DNA of 9,772 nt from Paraspadella gotoi (GCA_051294375.1 JBJCIZ010000750.1:1-9772), one strand, 5' to 3'; numbered from the stretch's first letter, positions 1-8,546 are shown. The notes: generated by a model from the letters alone, not told the origin. Numbers and translations are program-made.

Positions 1-469
1 ATCAAAGTCATTTTTTGACTTGGTCAATTTGAGCCAAACATTGTCTATCTAATCCTAATTCATTGCTAACAGGAACAAATTTAACTTAAAAATATCAACA
101 GTAAAATTTAATATTCCATTCATAATTGGCTGTGTAGATATAATTTACTGAAGTAAACAATTAACATAAAGAATAAAAGAAACAAATTTTTAGTTTTATA
201 TGCTTCAATGCGTATATCCAATGTTTTCAACCTCCAACTTTTTCCAGACTTCTTGTTCTTGGATTTTCTGAAACCAAATATAGCAAGGTATTACAATTCG
301 TTCTTAGTGAAAACAAGTTTGAGCAAACATTGCCCGATCTGCCCACAATTATTAGCAGTAATTAATTAATTGATTAATAATTTAATTAATTAAGTAATTC
401 AGCTTGAATTTACATTTAATATAAAAAGGAAATAAAAGTATAATCAAATTGTAAAACAGATTTTTAAAT

Positions 470-665
470 TTCTCTCAGTTAAACTCATTTCCACTTTATG
501 ATTCCATCAAAACCTGATTTTCAGCTAAATCACACACTTCTTTACCCACACAATTTCAAGTAAATCGCCTTTCCACTCATGAGTAATTGCCATTCAAAGC
601 TAAGGTGGGACAAACAGACAGACAGACAGACATAAATGTTTTTTAATAATTTATTATAATTCAAT
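470..665 (+). mobile_element. Possible non-autonomous Helitron/Helentron-like (Lep1/DINE-1-type) fragment; boundaries approximate
   Basis: An aatttca..aaatcg motif (552-567), then a (GACA)n microsatellite, then an AT-rich tail. This layout recalls microsatellite-bearing non-autonomous Helitrons of invertebrates. Termini are not defined. Confidence 0.35.
609..632 (+). repeat. (GACA)n microsatellite, 6 units with one variant
   Basis: gaca aaca gaca gaca gaca gaca read directly. Confidence 0.95.
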
Positions 666-719
666 GTTTGGATATGATCTAAGGGACTTACCGACAAGAT
701 TTTGGGGTGGGACTGATGG

Positions 720-822
720 ACTTAACCTTTAACTTAATCTTTAACTAAAAAAAATAACCTAATTATGTATTTACAATAAAATTGGGCGTTCTGGTAAAAT
801 GAGGCCAAAAATATTTTTTATT
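720..822 (+). repeat. Dispersed repeat copy A: short degenerate CCTAA/CTTAA tract followed by a GGGCGTT-containing block
   Basis: aaaaataacctaattatgtatttacaataaaattgggcgttctggtaaaatgaggccaaaa (750-810) aligns colinearly with 5265-5327. Confidence 0.7.
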
Positions 823-833
823 TAAAAACTTAC

Positions 834-990
834 TTAAATTGAACTAATTCATTCTTCGTGAAAAATTTCGAAGGATAATGCATCTTCTCTAGTAACATCA
901 ATGCATTCTTCAAGGTCTTCAATAGTGCAGAAGTGAGAAAACTTATCCATCTGGTTGTTGATGTTATCATGCAAAGCTTTTTCAGATAAT
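834..990 (-). pseudogene. Exon-like segment: terminal exon, or internal exon with a 1-bp frameshift
   Basis: Acceptor ttttaattaccag ends at 991. Frame LSEKALHDNINNQMDKFSHFCTIEDLEECIDVTREDALSFEIFHEE* has protein-like composition. A consensus donor AA|GTAAGT lies at 833, 15 nt after the stop. Confidence 0.4.
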
Positions 991-1106
991 CTGGTAATTA
1001 AAACAAATTTAATTGCTACTGCTGTTATGTACATTTTAGTTCTTAGTTCATAACATAGATGATCAATAAGTTAAAAATGAATTGAAATGCGATAACACAA
1101 ATTGTT

Positions 1107-1412
1107 GATTGGAAATAGTAATTGGATTGGATGTGAATAATAATTTTATTGATGTAATAGTAATTGATTGATGTAATATAATTTTTGATGTAATAGTAAT
1201 TGATTGATATATAATAATTTATTGGATTAATATTAATTGATCTAGTAGATGATACCAAATATTGATGCGATTATAACCAAATATTGATGTGATGATAAAC
1301 CAAAAGATTAATGCCGATGATAAAAAAATGATTGATGCGATGATAAACAAAGATTGATGCGATGATAACATTCATTGATCTAATGATAGTCATTCATTTG
1401 ATGCAATGATAT
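1107..1412. repeat. Composite degenerate minisatellite anchored on ATTGAT
   Basis: ~18-19 bp units alternate between attgatgtaatagtaattg and attgatgtaatataattt (1148-1220). They switch to 21-24 bp units such as attgatgcgatgataaacaaag (starts 1261, 1283, 1307, 1331, 1353, 1374, 1396). Confidence 0.9.
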
Positions 1413-1448
1413 GTCTTCCCATCGACCAATAAAACAAAAAAATGCATT

Positions 1449-1600
1449 ATGAGTGAGAGAGAGAAAAGAAAGAGATAGAGAGAGACGAAGAAAAAGGTCT
1501 GCATTGTGACCGTGAATTGTGAAGTTGAGATGGAAGGATGGGAGGAAGAAGAGGGGAAGAGGAAGAAGAGGAGGAGAAAATAAAGAAATAAAAAAGATAG
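1449..1600 (+). repeat. Purine-rich (GA/GAA/GGA) low-complexity tract
   Basis: gagagagagaaaagaaagagatagagagaga and ggaggaagaagaggggaagaggaagaagaggaggag, separated by a short mixed segment. Confidence 0.85.
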
Positions 1601-1667
1601 GCAAAAAAAAATTGATTACCATTGTTTACAATTAGGAAATTGTTATAATTTTTTCAAAATTGGAAGT

Positions 1668-2014
1668 TGTAAAAGTGTGATATTTTTATTGTATTAAATT
1701 TAGATATTAGCTTCTCATCTTTAAGATCCTTTGGCAAATTGCTATGTTTTCATATGGATTCAAGTGTTTTTGTTTTAATTTCTTTTCATTATGATTTACT
1801 GCGATACTGCAAACTATAATTTAGTATTCTATATACTAATTTGCTATATATTAGTGAGTAAAAGTTGCCAATTTGCATAGATCATAATGAGAAAGAAATT
1901 CAACAAAAAAAAAATTACTTAAATCATATGAAACAATGGATCAATTGCAAAGATCTTAAGATGAAAAAGCCATATACTAAATTTTTTAACTTACGATGCA
2001 TGCACACCTTTATA
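1668..2014. repeat. Long imperfect inverted repeat (foldback). Arms ~1668-1816 and ~1862-2014, spacer ~45 nt.
   Basis: The left arm tcatctttaagatcctttggcaaattg..tttcatatggattcaagt..aatttcttttcattatgattta aligns with the reverse complement of the right arm tcatcttaagatctttgcaattg..tttcatatgatttaagt..aatttctttctcattatgatcta. Outer ends are tgtaaaagtgtg / tataaaggtgtg. The spacer holds a further small hairpin (ttagtat 1821-1827 / atactaa 1833-1839). Confidence 0.9.
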
Positions 2015-2515
2015 AAAAACGATGTCCACAAGAAGCGAAGGTTTCCCAAAAACCGGCTAAACCCCGTCTGGCGAGACAAAAAAATTACTTATAGATTCCA
2101 ACCTTGAACATGGTTGCAGACGCCGGGTCACTGTTAGCGTAAAAACACTATGGAATATAAAATCATTCTCCATTTCATTCATGTACTGGCCCAAAATAGA
2201 GCTCCTGCGTAGCAATTGATCAAAAAAAGATCGTTCCCTTTCTTCTTTGGAACTTATATCAATCACGGATTTCTCCACTGTATTTCATAGATAGCAGCCA
2301 TATAATGGCTATATATCTGAAAAATTATGTCAATCATAATAAAAATGCTTAGGTACTTGCACTTTTACTTGCACATTTTGTTTAACGTAGTAGGAACGCT
2401 TAGCCTATTTTCATTGCACACAATGGCAAAGCTGGTCTTCTCGTTGTTTTTGGAACGCAGATGGCTCCACAAAAGCGTTCTGGTAAATCAGCATTGTTTA
2501 TAATTGTTGCAATTT
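1995..2515 (-). other. Cluster of exon-like, GC-richer segments; no unique gene model
   Basis: Acceptors attccag (2516), tttttcag (2317) and ttttgtctcgccag (2068), and donor C|GTAAGT (1994). Open pieces include VEKSVIDISSKEERERSFFDQLLRRSSILGQYMNEMENDF.. and TGFSRFLGNLRFLWTSFFIKVCMH. Several incompatible joins are possible. Confidence 0.3.
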
Positions 2516-3249
2516 CTGGAATATTTTTAAGGATTATAAAAAAAAATTATTATGTGATATAGCAACAACATTGCTGATAGAAAAATGACTTTTAAGAATA
2601 CTTTTGGTTGTTCCGTATGCCTTGAATATTACATAATAAAAATAGTCTAGGACTTGCAGACAAATTTGGGAAGGATTAGCGGTAGCAGAAGAAATAGAGT
2701 TAGAGTAGGAATTTGAAATCAAGTTTAAAAAAAAAGCGCATGCACTGATTTACAACTCAGTTCGCACTGGCTTTTTATTGTGTATAATTTATAATTACCT
2801 AATACATGGTCTAACAAGACCAAACTCATGTCACAAATTATTTGACGAGAGACATGCGTGAACATTTTCCATACAGTAGGCCAGTGCATGTTGAACACGT
2901 TTTACTTCACATTGATGAATTTAGTTAAAGGCAGAATACCTGCAAAAAAGCATGTGTGAACTACTGAGTACCATTTGAAACAAGCGCTGTCTAACATCAG
3001 GAAAATTAAGGGCATCATAACCCCCATCTAAATTAATGGGACTTGGCATAAACTCCAGTATACAAATAGCAACTACAAATAAAAGCAATCAAATAATCTA
3101 AAGCTAGCAAGAAAAACAATTAAAGTCCATGCTTCTATTACTCGCATACCAGTTGAAACCTGCCCTTTAAAAACTCACCACTAGAAAAATATATTTAACA
3201 TAAAAATGTATTATATCCTGATATTTGTTACGGATACTTTGTAAAAAAA

Positions 3250-3589
3250 ATGACTATATCGCCAATCCTCTGGCTCCTTTGTATGCCTTTTGCTTTTGCA
3301 AATTTTGTTTTACCGGTTGGTAAGTCTTTAAATGGTCACCCAATAAATTAGATAGAAGGATCTCCCGCGATTTTGGCCTGTGGAAAGATATGGATGAGAA
3401 GGTAAAACGAAAGTTTTTAATGAAAATTACGTTAGACAATTCCTGGTCTCGTGAATAGCCAATTATTTGTAGTTATTTAAATATTTTAAACTTTTTTCCA
3501 GTGTTCAAGATCATGATGTCATGATGGAGCATTGTAAAATGACATTAAGATGTTGCAGCTACCCGCCGGAGGCAAGGGACACCGACTGA
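3250..3589 (+). CDS. Putative small secreted protein or peptide precursor, spliced. Exon 1 is 3250-3319; downstream exons are ambiguous.
   Basis: ATG after an A-run, then MTISPILWLLCMPFAFA|NFVLPV (hydrophobic core plus AFA cleavage-like motif) and a consensus donor G|GTAAGT at 3320. Second donor AAG|GTAAAA at 3402 and strong acceptor TTTTTTCCAG ending 3501. Model A (3352-3401, 3436-3468, 3502-3516; introns 32/34/33 nt) gives ...DRRISRDFGLWKDMDEKTIPGLVNSQLFCSRS*. Model B (3356-3401, 3502-3589) gives ...EGSPAILACGKIWMRSVQDHDVMMEHCKMTLRCCSYPPEARDTD*. Confidence 0.45.
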
Positions 3590-4421
3590 CGAGGAACTTT
3601 TTAAGAAACCGGTCTCTTTTCAATCCCTGAAACAAAATCAGCGACACATATTTTATACTATCACTATTGCATCGCGACCATGGAACTGAAAGCTAGAATT
3701 TGCTTCGACACTCCATCAACATAATGCATTCTGGCAATTAAACAAACAAACAAAAAGATTAAATGTTACTGGCACCTACGCCGACTCAAGACGATACTAC
3801 GACATCAATACTTATAACTTTAATGAATAAAGCTCATTCAATCATAATATACCTTTTCCAAGATTAGCCAATGCTTTTACATATTCTCCATGGCTTACTC
3901 GATATCCCAGTAGCAGTCCTCTCCACCATTCTTAATGGTAACTCTAAATGGTTCAAGAGAGATAAAAGACGTTATAGTATGCAATGTGGTTAAAAAATCA
4001 GAAATAAGTATCCATCTCGTAATTCCATCATTCTGCTAAGTTTCGCAAAGGTATATACATCTGAAAGGTTTTCCATGATCTAAATCATAACCAAATGTTG
4101 AACCCAAATTCTGAACAACTTATCTTTCCAGAAGAATACAAAGGTGGAAATCTTTCGCTTTGTCCGCTTGCCGCCTTCTCTGTCCTATAGAAATACATTA
4201 ATGGATTTTCTTATGGATTTCATGAAAATTGCAAAATTCTTTTTTTTTTAAATTTTATGTTGGGATTTACTGTGATAAATCAAAAGAAAAGTTTTTGCCA
4301 AATATTAATATTAATATTTATTAATTTTTGGTTTTTGATAATTTGAATCTGAAAATATTATATTATTAATGGGATAGGGTTGTTAGTGTTGTCTTCTGGA
4401 AAAAGAGGGAGCTACAAATGG

Positions 4422-5090
4422 TTATATTATTTCCTGTCCTAGTTTTCTAAATAGATATAGATACAATTTTATAGGGAAACCTTTATATTTTGAGTGTAAT
4501 TTTAATTATTATTTTAAATATTTTATTATATATATTTTTTATATAACTTTACAACTTTAAATTAATGTATATTTTACGGTAAGAAGGTCATCAGTTGGTA
4601 ACCTATACCCTTCATGGATTTCGGATCTTTATTCATATAATTTATTTAAAAAAAATTTAAAAAAATATTAAAATCTATGAATATTTATATGAAAATTTTT
4701 ATTACCATAATCCTGTACCCATCCACGTGCAATATCTTCTCTTCCTTGCGTGGTTTTGTTTTTAAGCATTAATTCTTGTTTTTGACGCTGCATTGATGTT
4801 GTTGCATTTATATCTTCGGATCTTGCGGGTAATGGCCTAAATATTGTGAAAATTATTTTTAATTTTTTTTAATATATGAATTTAAAAAGACAATTATACT
4901 GTATGTACAAGTCAATATAAAATCTATATAAATTTATTTTTAAATATATAAACAATAAATTTTCTCGGATATTTACTGAAATCTTATTCTAAATCGAAAT
5001 ATTAATAATACAATTTTAATGTATATAAAAAATTAGGCCCTCTTTACCAATTCTATTTCTTCTTCTCATAACATAAGTTAATTTAACCAT
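4422..5090 (-). CDS. Putative spliced protein-coding gene of unknown function. Exons 5090-5048, 4975-4954, (4923-4900 optional), 4836-4706, 4626-4578, tentative last exon 4446-4422.
   Basis: GC-richer islands separated by very AT-rich introns, all GT..AG with compatible phases (1,2,2,1,2). Introns are 72, 30, 63, 79 and 131 nt. Joined: MVKLTYVMRRRNRI-VNIRENLL-(FYIDLYIQ)-PLPARSEDINATTSMQRQKQELMLKNKTTQGREDIARGWVQDY-DPKSMKGIGYQLMTFLP-KLGQEII*. Only one frame of the 131-nt exon is open. The exon 5 acceptor is a weak AAG, and the last exon has alternatives. Confidence 0.55.
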
Positions 5091-5120
5091 AATATTTAAA
5101 GTAAACATATTTTTAAATCT

Positions 5121-5346
5121 CCAACACAAACTCTAACCCTAATTCTTAACCCAAACCTATTCCTAAACACTAGCACTTAATTCTTATCCCTGATATCTTA
5201 TGCTAACATCTAAATCTAAACTCTAGTCCTTAACATAAATCTCCAACCTTAATCACCTAAACTCAAAAAATTATCATAATTCTGATTTTCAGATTAAATG
5301 GGGCGTTTTTGGAAAATAATGCTAAAATGTTAAAATATATTTTTAT
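5121..5346 (+). repeat. Dispersed repeat copy B, with ~140 bp of degenerate telomere-like hexamers
   Basis: 5121-5263 is a C/A/T-rich run with approximately 6-bp periodicity (exact TAACCCTAA at 5134-5142, then aacccaaacc, cctaaa, tctaaa, ccttaa). It is followed by aaaaaattatcataattctgattttcagattaaatggggcgtttttggaaaataatgctaaaa, homologous to 750-810. Confidence 0.7.
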
Positions 5347-5743
5347 CTCGAGAGCCATATGATCAGAACCCATTTATCTTAAAATTTAAAAAAAAAAAGA
5401 AAATATAACAATATTTTTTAAAATATTAACAGCATCAATTCATTTATATAAGCTATATACCTGGAACGTGACTCCTTTGCTCCGTGTGGCTAACCTTAAA
5501 AACTGGTTGCATCTGTCTTATGTGGCTGGTTTAAAAACCTAACTTATTGCCGATTTATTTCTAATACTTTTACAATATATCCACACTTTAGCAAGTATAA
5601 TAAACCACATTGCTTTACTACGGCAATTGAATCTAAAAGTTGCTAAAGTATGGGTACCCGATAATAGATAAAAGGATAAATTGAAGAATCAGAAATTTTT
5701 AAGATAACTCTCACAACCCCACTAATTTTTTTAATTTCAGGTA

Positions 5744-6355
5744 TTATTCATTGATATATGGGCAACTCTTAATTTTCCAACTAAAGATGTTAACTTTGAA
5801 AGTTATATATACATTTACAAAGGAGGCTTTGGTATTTTTCTTTTCTATCATCGTTTTCATATCTACATCTGGGTTTTTTCTCTTATAATCTTGAAGCTGA
5901 TCTTTTCCTGCAAAAATTGAGAGGACTTTCTGCTTCTAATATTGTTGTATAATCAATTTTTACTTCATAATATGCGGTTTTGCAAGTTCGGATGTTGAAT
6001 TTATCACTGTGTTAGAAATTCCTACACCAGTTACAAGCGATAAAGGTGTCTCCTTTGGCTATCTTGATTCATGAATGTTATTTTTCCACTTTCATGCAGA
6101 AAAATATTTTCTTCCTTATTGCATTTACTGCATTTGAATAGAGCTTAAGGAGTATGCAGTTACTTTGTCTGCTTGTTTCTTGTGTTTCAGACTGTTTCGA
6201 ATGCCTTTTAAAATTCCATCAGTAACATCATGTTTTATCCTTGATTTAAGAATAGTCCAATCAAATTGTGTTTTCTTACAAAGGTTAAACTTTCATTACG
6301 TTGATTAGAGCTTTAATTTGTGCTGCCCATTTTAAGATTCTTCATTTGGTTCCAT
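5744..6355 (-). mobile_element. Probable decayed LTR-retrotransposon (Ty3/gypsy-like) gag-protease relic
   Basis: Broken reading frames occur in the expected order: MEPNE.ILKWAAQIKAL (from 6355; resembles the Gag Q..ES...Y..R...L motif), KTQFDWTILKSRIKHDVTDGILKGIRNSLKHKKQ, FKCSKCNKEENIF (from 6138; CX2C start of a zinc knuckle), then YYEVKIDYTTILEAESPLNF (5972-5913). LEAES is three single-base changes from the protease motif LDTGS. Many stops and frameshifts, no intact motif and no LTR found. Confidence 0.4.
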
Positions 6356-6884
6356 GACGCCTTAAGGAATTTGATGTTATATCAGATGATCATTTAATAT
6401 TATACCCCATGTTATAAAACTAGTACAATAGAGACTATAACACTTATTTGCTGTCGAATTTGTTCCTTATAAATGGTCATTTCAATAATTTTCATTTTTA
6501 CCTTTTTGTATTAAAAGTTTTTTCAATCAGAATTGTTATATTTCATCTTTTCATAAAATTAACCTTTTATAGAGTAGAAATGTGTATAAGCTTAATTAAA
6601 TTTGGATAAAAAATGTGATATGAATATAAATATTAATAAAACAAATTAAATTTAATAAAGTATTATTTCGGGTACTAGTTTTTTAACATAGGTTATAAAT
6701 TGATTTAACAATTTATTATTTAAACTGTATTGCTTTTTTGTGTCAGTAAATGTGATCTGAGACAATGTTAAAATAAACAATCCTAAACACAATTTATTTA
6801 GTATATAGTAGCATTGTGTTTTATTACCTTTCATTGCGTAGGTAGGGTAGAAAAGCAAATATGGTTAAGTTTCTACCATTTGCT

Positions 6885-7155
6885 TAAAGTAAGAGTCTAT
6901 GAGAAAAATGATACGCCACGACTAAACCATTTTTCAAACAAAAGAGAGAGAGAGAAATATTAAATATGAACGAAAGTGAGGCTTGGAGGCCAGTGTTTTA
7001 CGCTGCTTTAAATAAGCTATGTTTTTGAAAATAATCATTTCATATATGAGAGAGGAGAGAGAGAGAAAGAAAGAAAGGAGAGAGAAACAATGAGGATGAA
7101 AGTGTAAGATGGGTAGGTAAGTAGGTACCAGCAAAAATTCAAGGAAAGAAAGAGG
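6885..7155 (+). repeat. Left copy of a degenerate inverted repeat containing a GA microsatellite
   Basis: Core 7078-7150 (aacaatgaggatgaaagtgtaaga...aggta...aaattcaaggaaagaa) matches the reverse complement of 8075-8150 (aacaatgagggagaaagtgaaaga...aggta...aaattcaagaaaagaa). Weaker colinear matches (aagtaagag, aaaaatgata, actaa) extend outward. Confidence 0.75.
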
Positions 7156-8067
7156 CTTAAAATTCCGTTCATCAGTCCAGTTTACCTTGAACTAGAAAAG
7201 GAAAAAAATTGCCTTTTTAGATTGTCTACTTTTTGGAAAACCTTGCTTTTTTTTGGCAAAAACAACTTTTTCTCGTATGCTGAATTATTTTAGATGCCCT
7301 CTGAGGTTGTTGGAAAAGTTTTCATGTTAAATAGTGATTTTAAAAAATATGAGAGAAAAATTCATTTACCGACGCATTCTGGTCTTAACAAAAAAATAAT
7401 ATGGTAGGTTGAACGATGTTAGATTTCTAATTTTGATATTAAAGCGAAATTGACCCACCTAATTTTTTTAAAAAATTATATTTTATATAATTATTGTATG
7501 TATGCTACTTATAAAAATCATAAACTTAATCTTTTTTTAAAAGTGCGGTAAGCAAATTAATATTGAAAAATTGATCAAAGAAAAAGATCATACCATGATA
7601 TTTTAAGAATATCGTAATTCTTTTCAAATTTTTTTTGAAAGGTATTTTGGATTTCTCAAAAGGGGGGATAAATGCGAATGAGATTTAATTGATAATGATT
7701 AGTGATAAATGTATCATTAGGAACTATATCTGGTTAGATTGAAATTGGTTTAAAATCTATGGTTTTTACTATGTTTTTTATTCATACCTCGTGACATAAT
7801 TTGAAAATCTTTGTTTATTTGTTAACCAATACTAGACAAAGAGCTGTTTAACATAACAGGGGAGAAAAAAATCTTTCAAAGACTTACCAATAAAGATTTT
7901 CTTTTATCAACTTTTCGTAAGGAATTCGAATCAGCTTTCTAAAATAGGAAAAAAAATTTTAATTTTAACAAATTTCTATGGCGATACTCCAGTATAAATA
8001 AATGGGTGTATGCAAAAATTGAAAAATAAAATATAAATTATTTTAATTAAAATGTTTACAGGTACAG

Positions 8068-8310
8068 TTCTTTCTTCTTTTCTTGAATTTCTCCATACCT
8101 TTATTGACCTCACCTCTCTCTTTCACTTTCTCCCTCATTGTTGCTCTCTTTCACTTTCTCTCTCTCTGTCTCTCCTCTCTCTCTCTCTCTCTCATCTCTC
8201 TTTCTTTCTCTCTTTTTCTCTCTCTTTCTCCTTTTTTTTTTTACAAAAAATTCTTAGTTAGTGTTTTGTTTATCATTTTTAACCAAAACTGTTTTTTTTT
8301 CTCTTACTTC
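8068..8310 (-). repeat. Right, inverted copy of the same repeat, including a (CT)n-rich tract at ~8144-8231
   Basis: See the 6885-7155 alignment. The CT microsatellite explains the spurious 8052..8261 and 8083..8328 ORFs. Confidence 0.75.
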
Positions 8311-8546
8311 TACTTTCTTTCTACTTAAATGTGTTTACCTCATAACCGATTTTTATATTTCAAAAGTTTTAACTAATTTAAAATACCTGTTAGAATGACG
8401 CATGAGTTAATTCTCTTCAATGTAACGTTGTTTGTTGTTAGCTGTTCTTAAAAAAATTATAATCTAGGAATAAATAAAAAATTATATGAGTGTGTTTCAT
8501 AAATACTAAACAAAAGAAGAATGATATAAAAACTAAATTGAGCACA

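Noticed and set aside
28-340. Short imperfect direct repeat tttgagc(c)aaacattg at 28 and 318
   Set aside because: Only ~23 bp, and it does not extend convincingly into an LTR pair or a segmental duplication.
357-398. TTAA-rich quasi-palindrome
   Set aside because: Simple AT low-complexity sequence, expected at this base composition.
1107-1412. CRISPR-like array
   Set aside because: Units are contiguous and degenerate with no unique spacers, there are no cas genes, and the context is eukaryotic.
1043-1622. ORFs 1043..1258 and 1380..1622 (-)
   Set aside because: They are translations of the minisatellite and the purine tract, with repetitive INYYY and L/S/F composition.
2030-2470. Resemblance of - strand pieces (VPKTTRRPALPL, LARRGLAGFWETF) to Polinton/Maverick pPolB motifs
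   Set aside because: The key K..LNS.WGK residues are absent, the pieces lie in different frames, and the intervening sequence does not fit.
3356-3589. Insulin-like or GLWamide identity for the secreted candidate
   Set aside because: Cysteine number and spacing do not fit the insulin B/A-chain pattern, and GLWK lacks the amidation glycine.
5048-5090. N-terminal resemblance to mitochondrial ribosomal protein L20
   Set aside because: The conserved L20 core is not present in the downstream exons.
6400-6420. - strand ...TAACA|TGGGG as an LTR end plus primer-binding site
   Set aside because: It does not match a tRNA 3' end I recognise, it is too close to mid-Gag, and no second LTR was found.
6652-8328. 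ORFs 6652..6858, 6934..7134, 8052..8261 and 8083..8328 as membrane proteins
   Set aside because: Their hydrophobicity comes from CT/GA microsatellite and T-rich sequence, and there is no other coding evidence.
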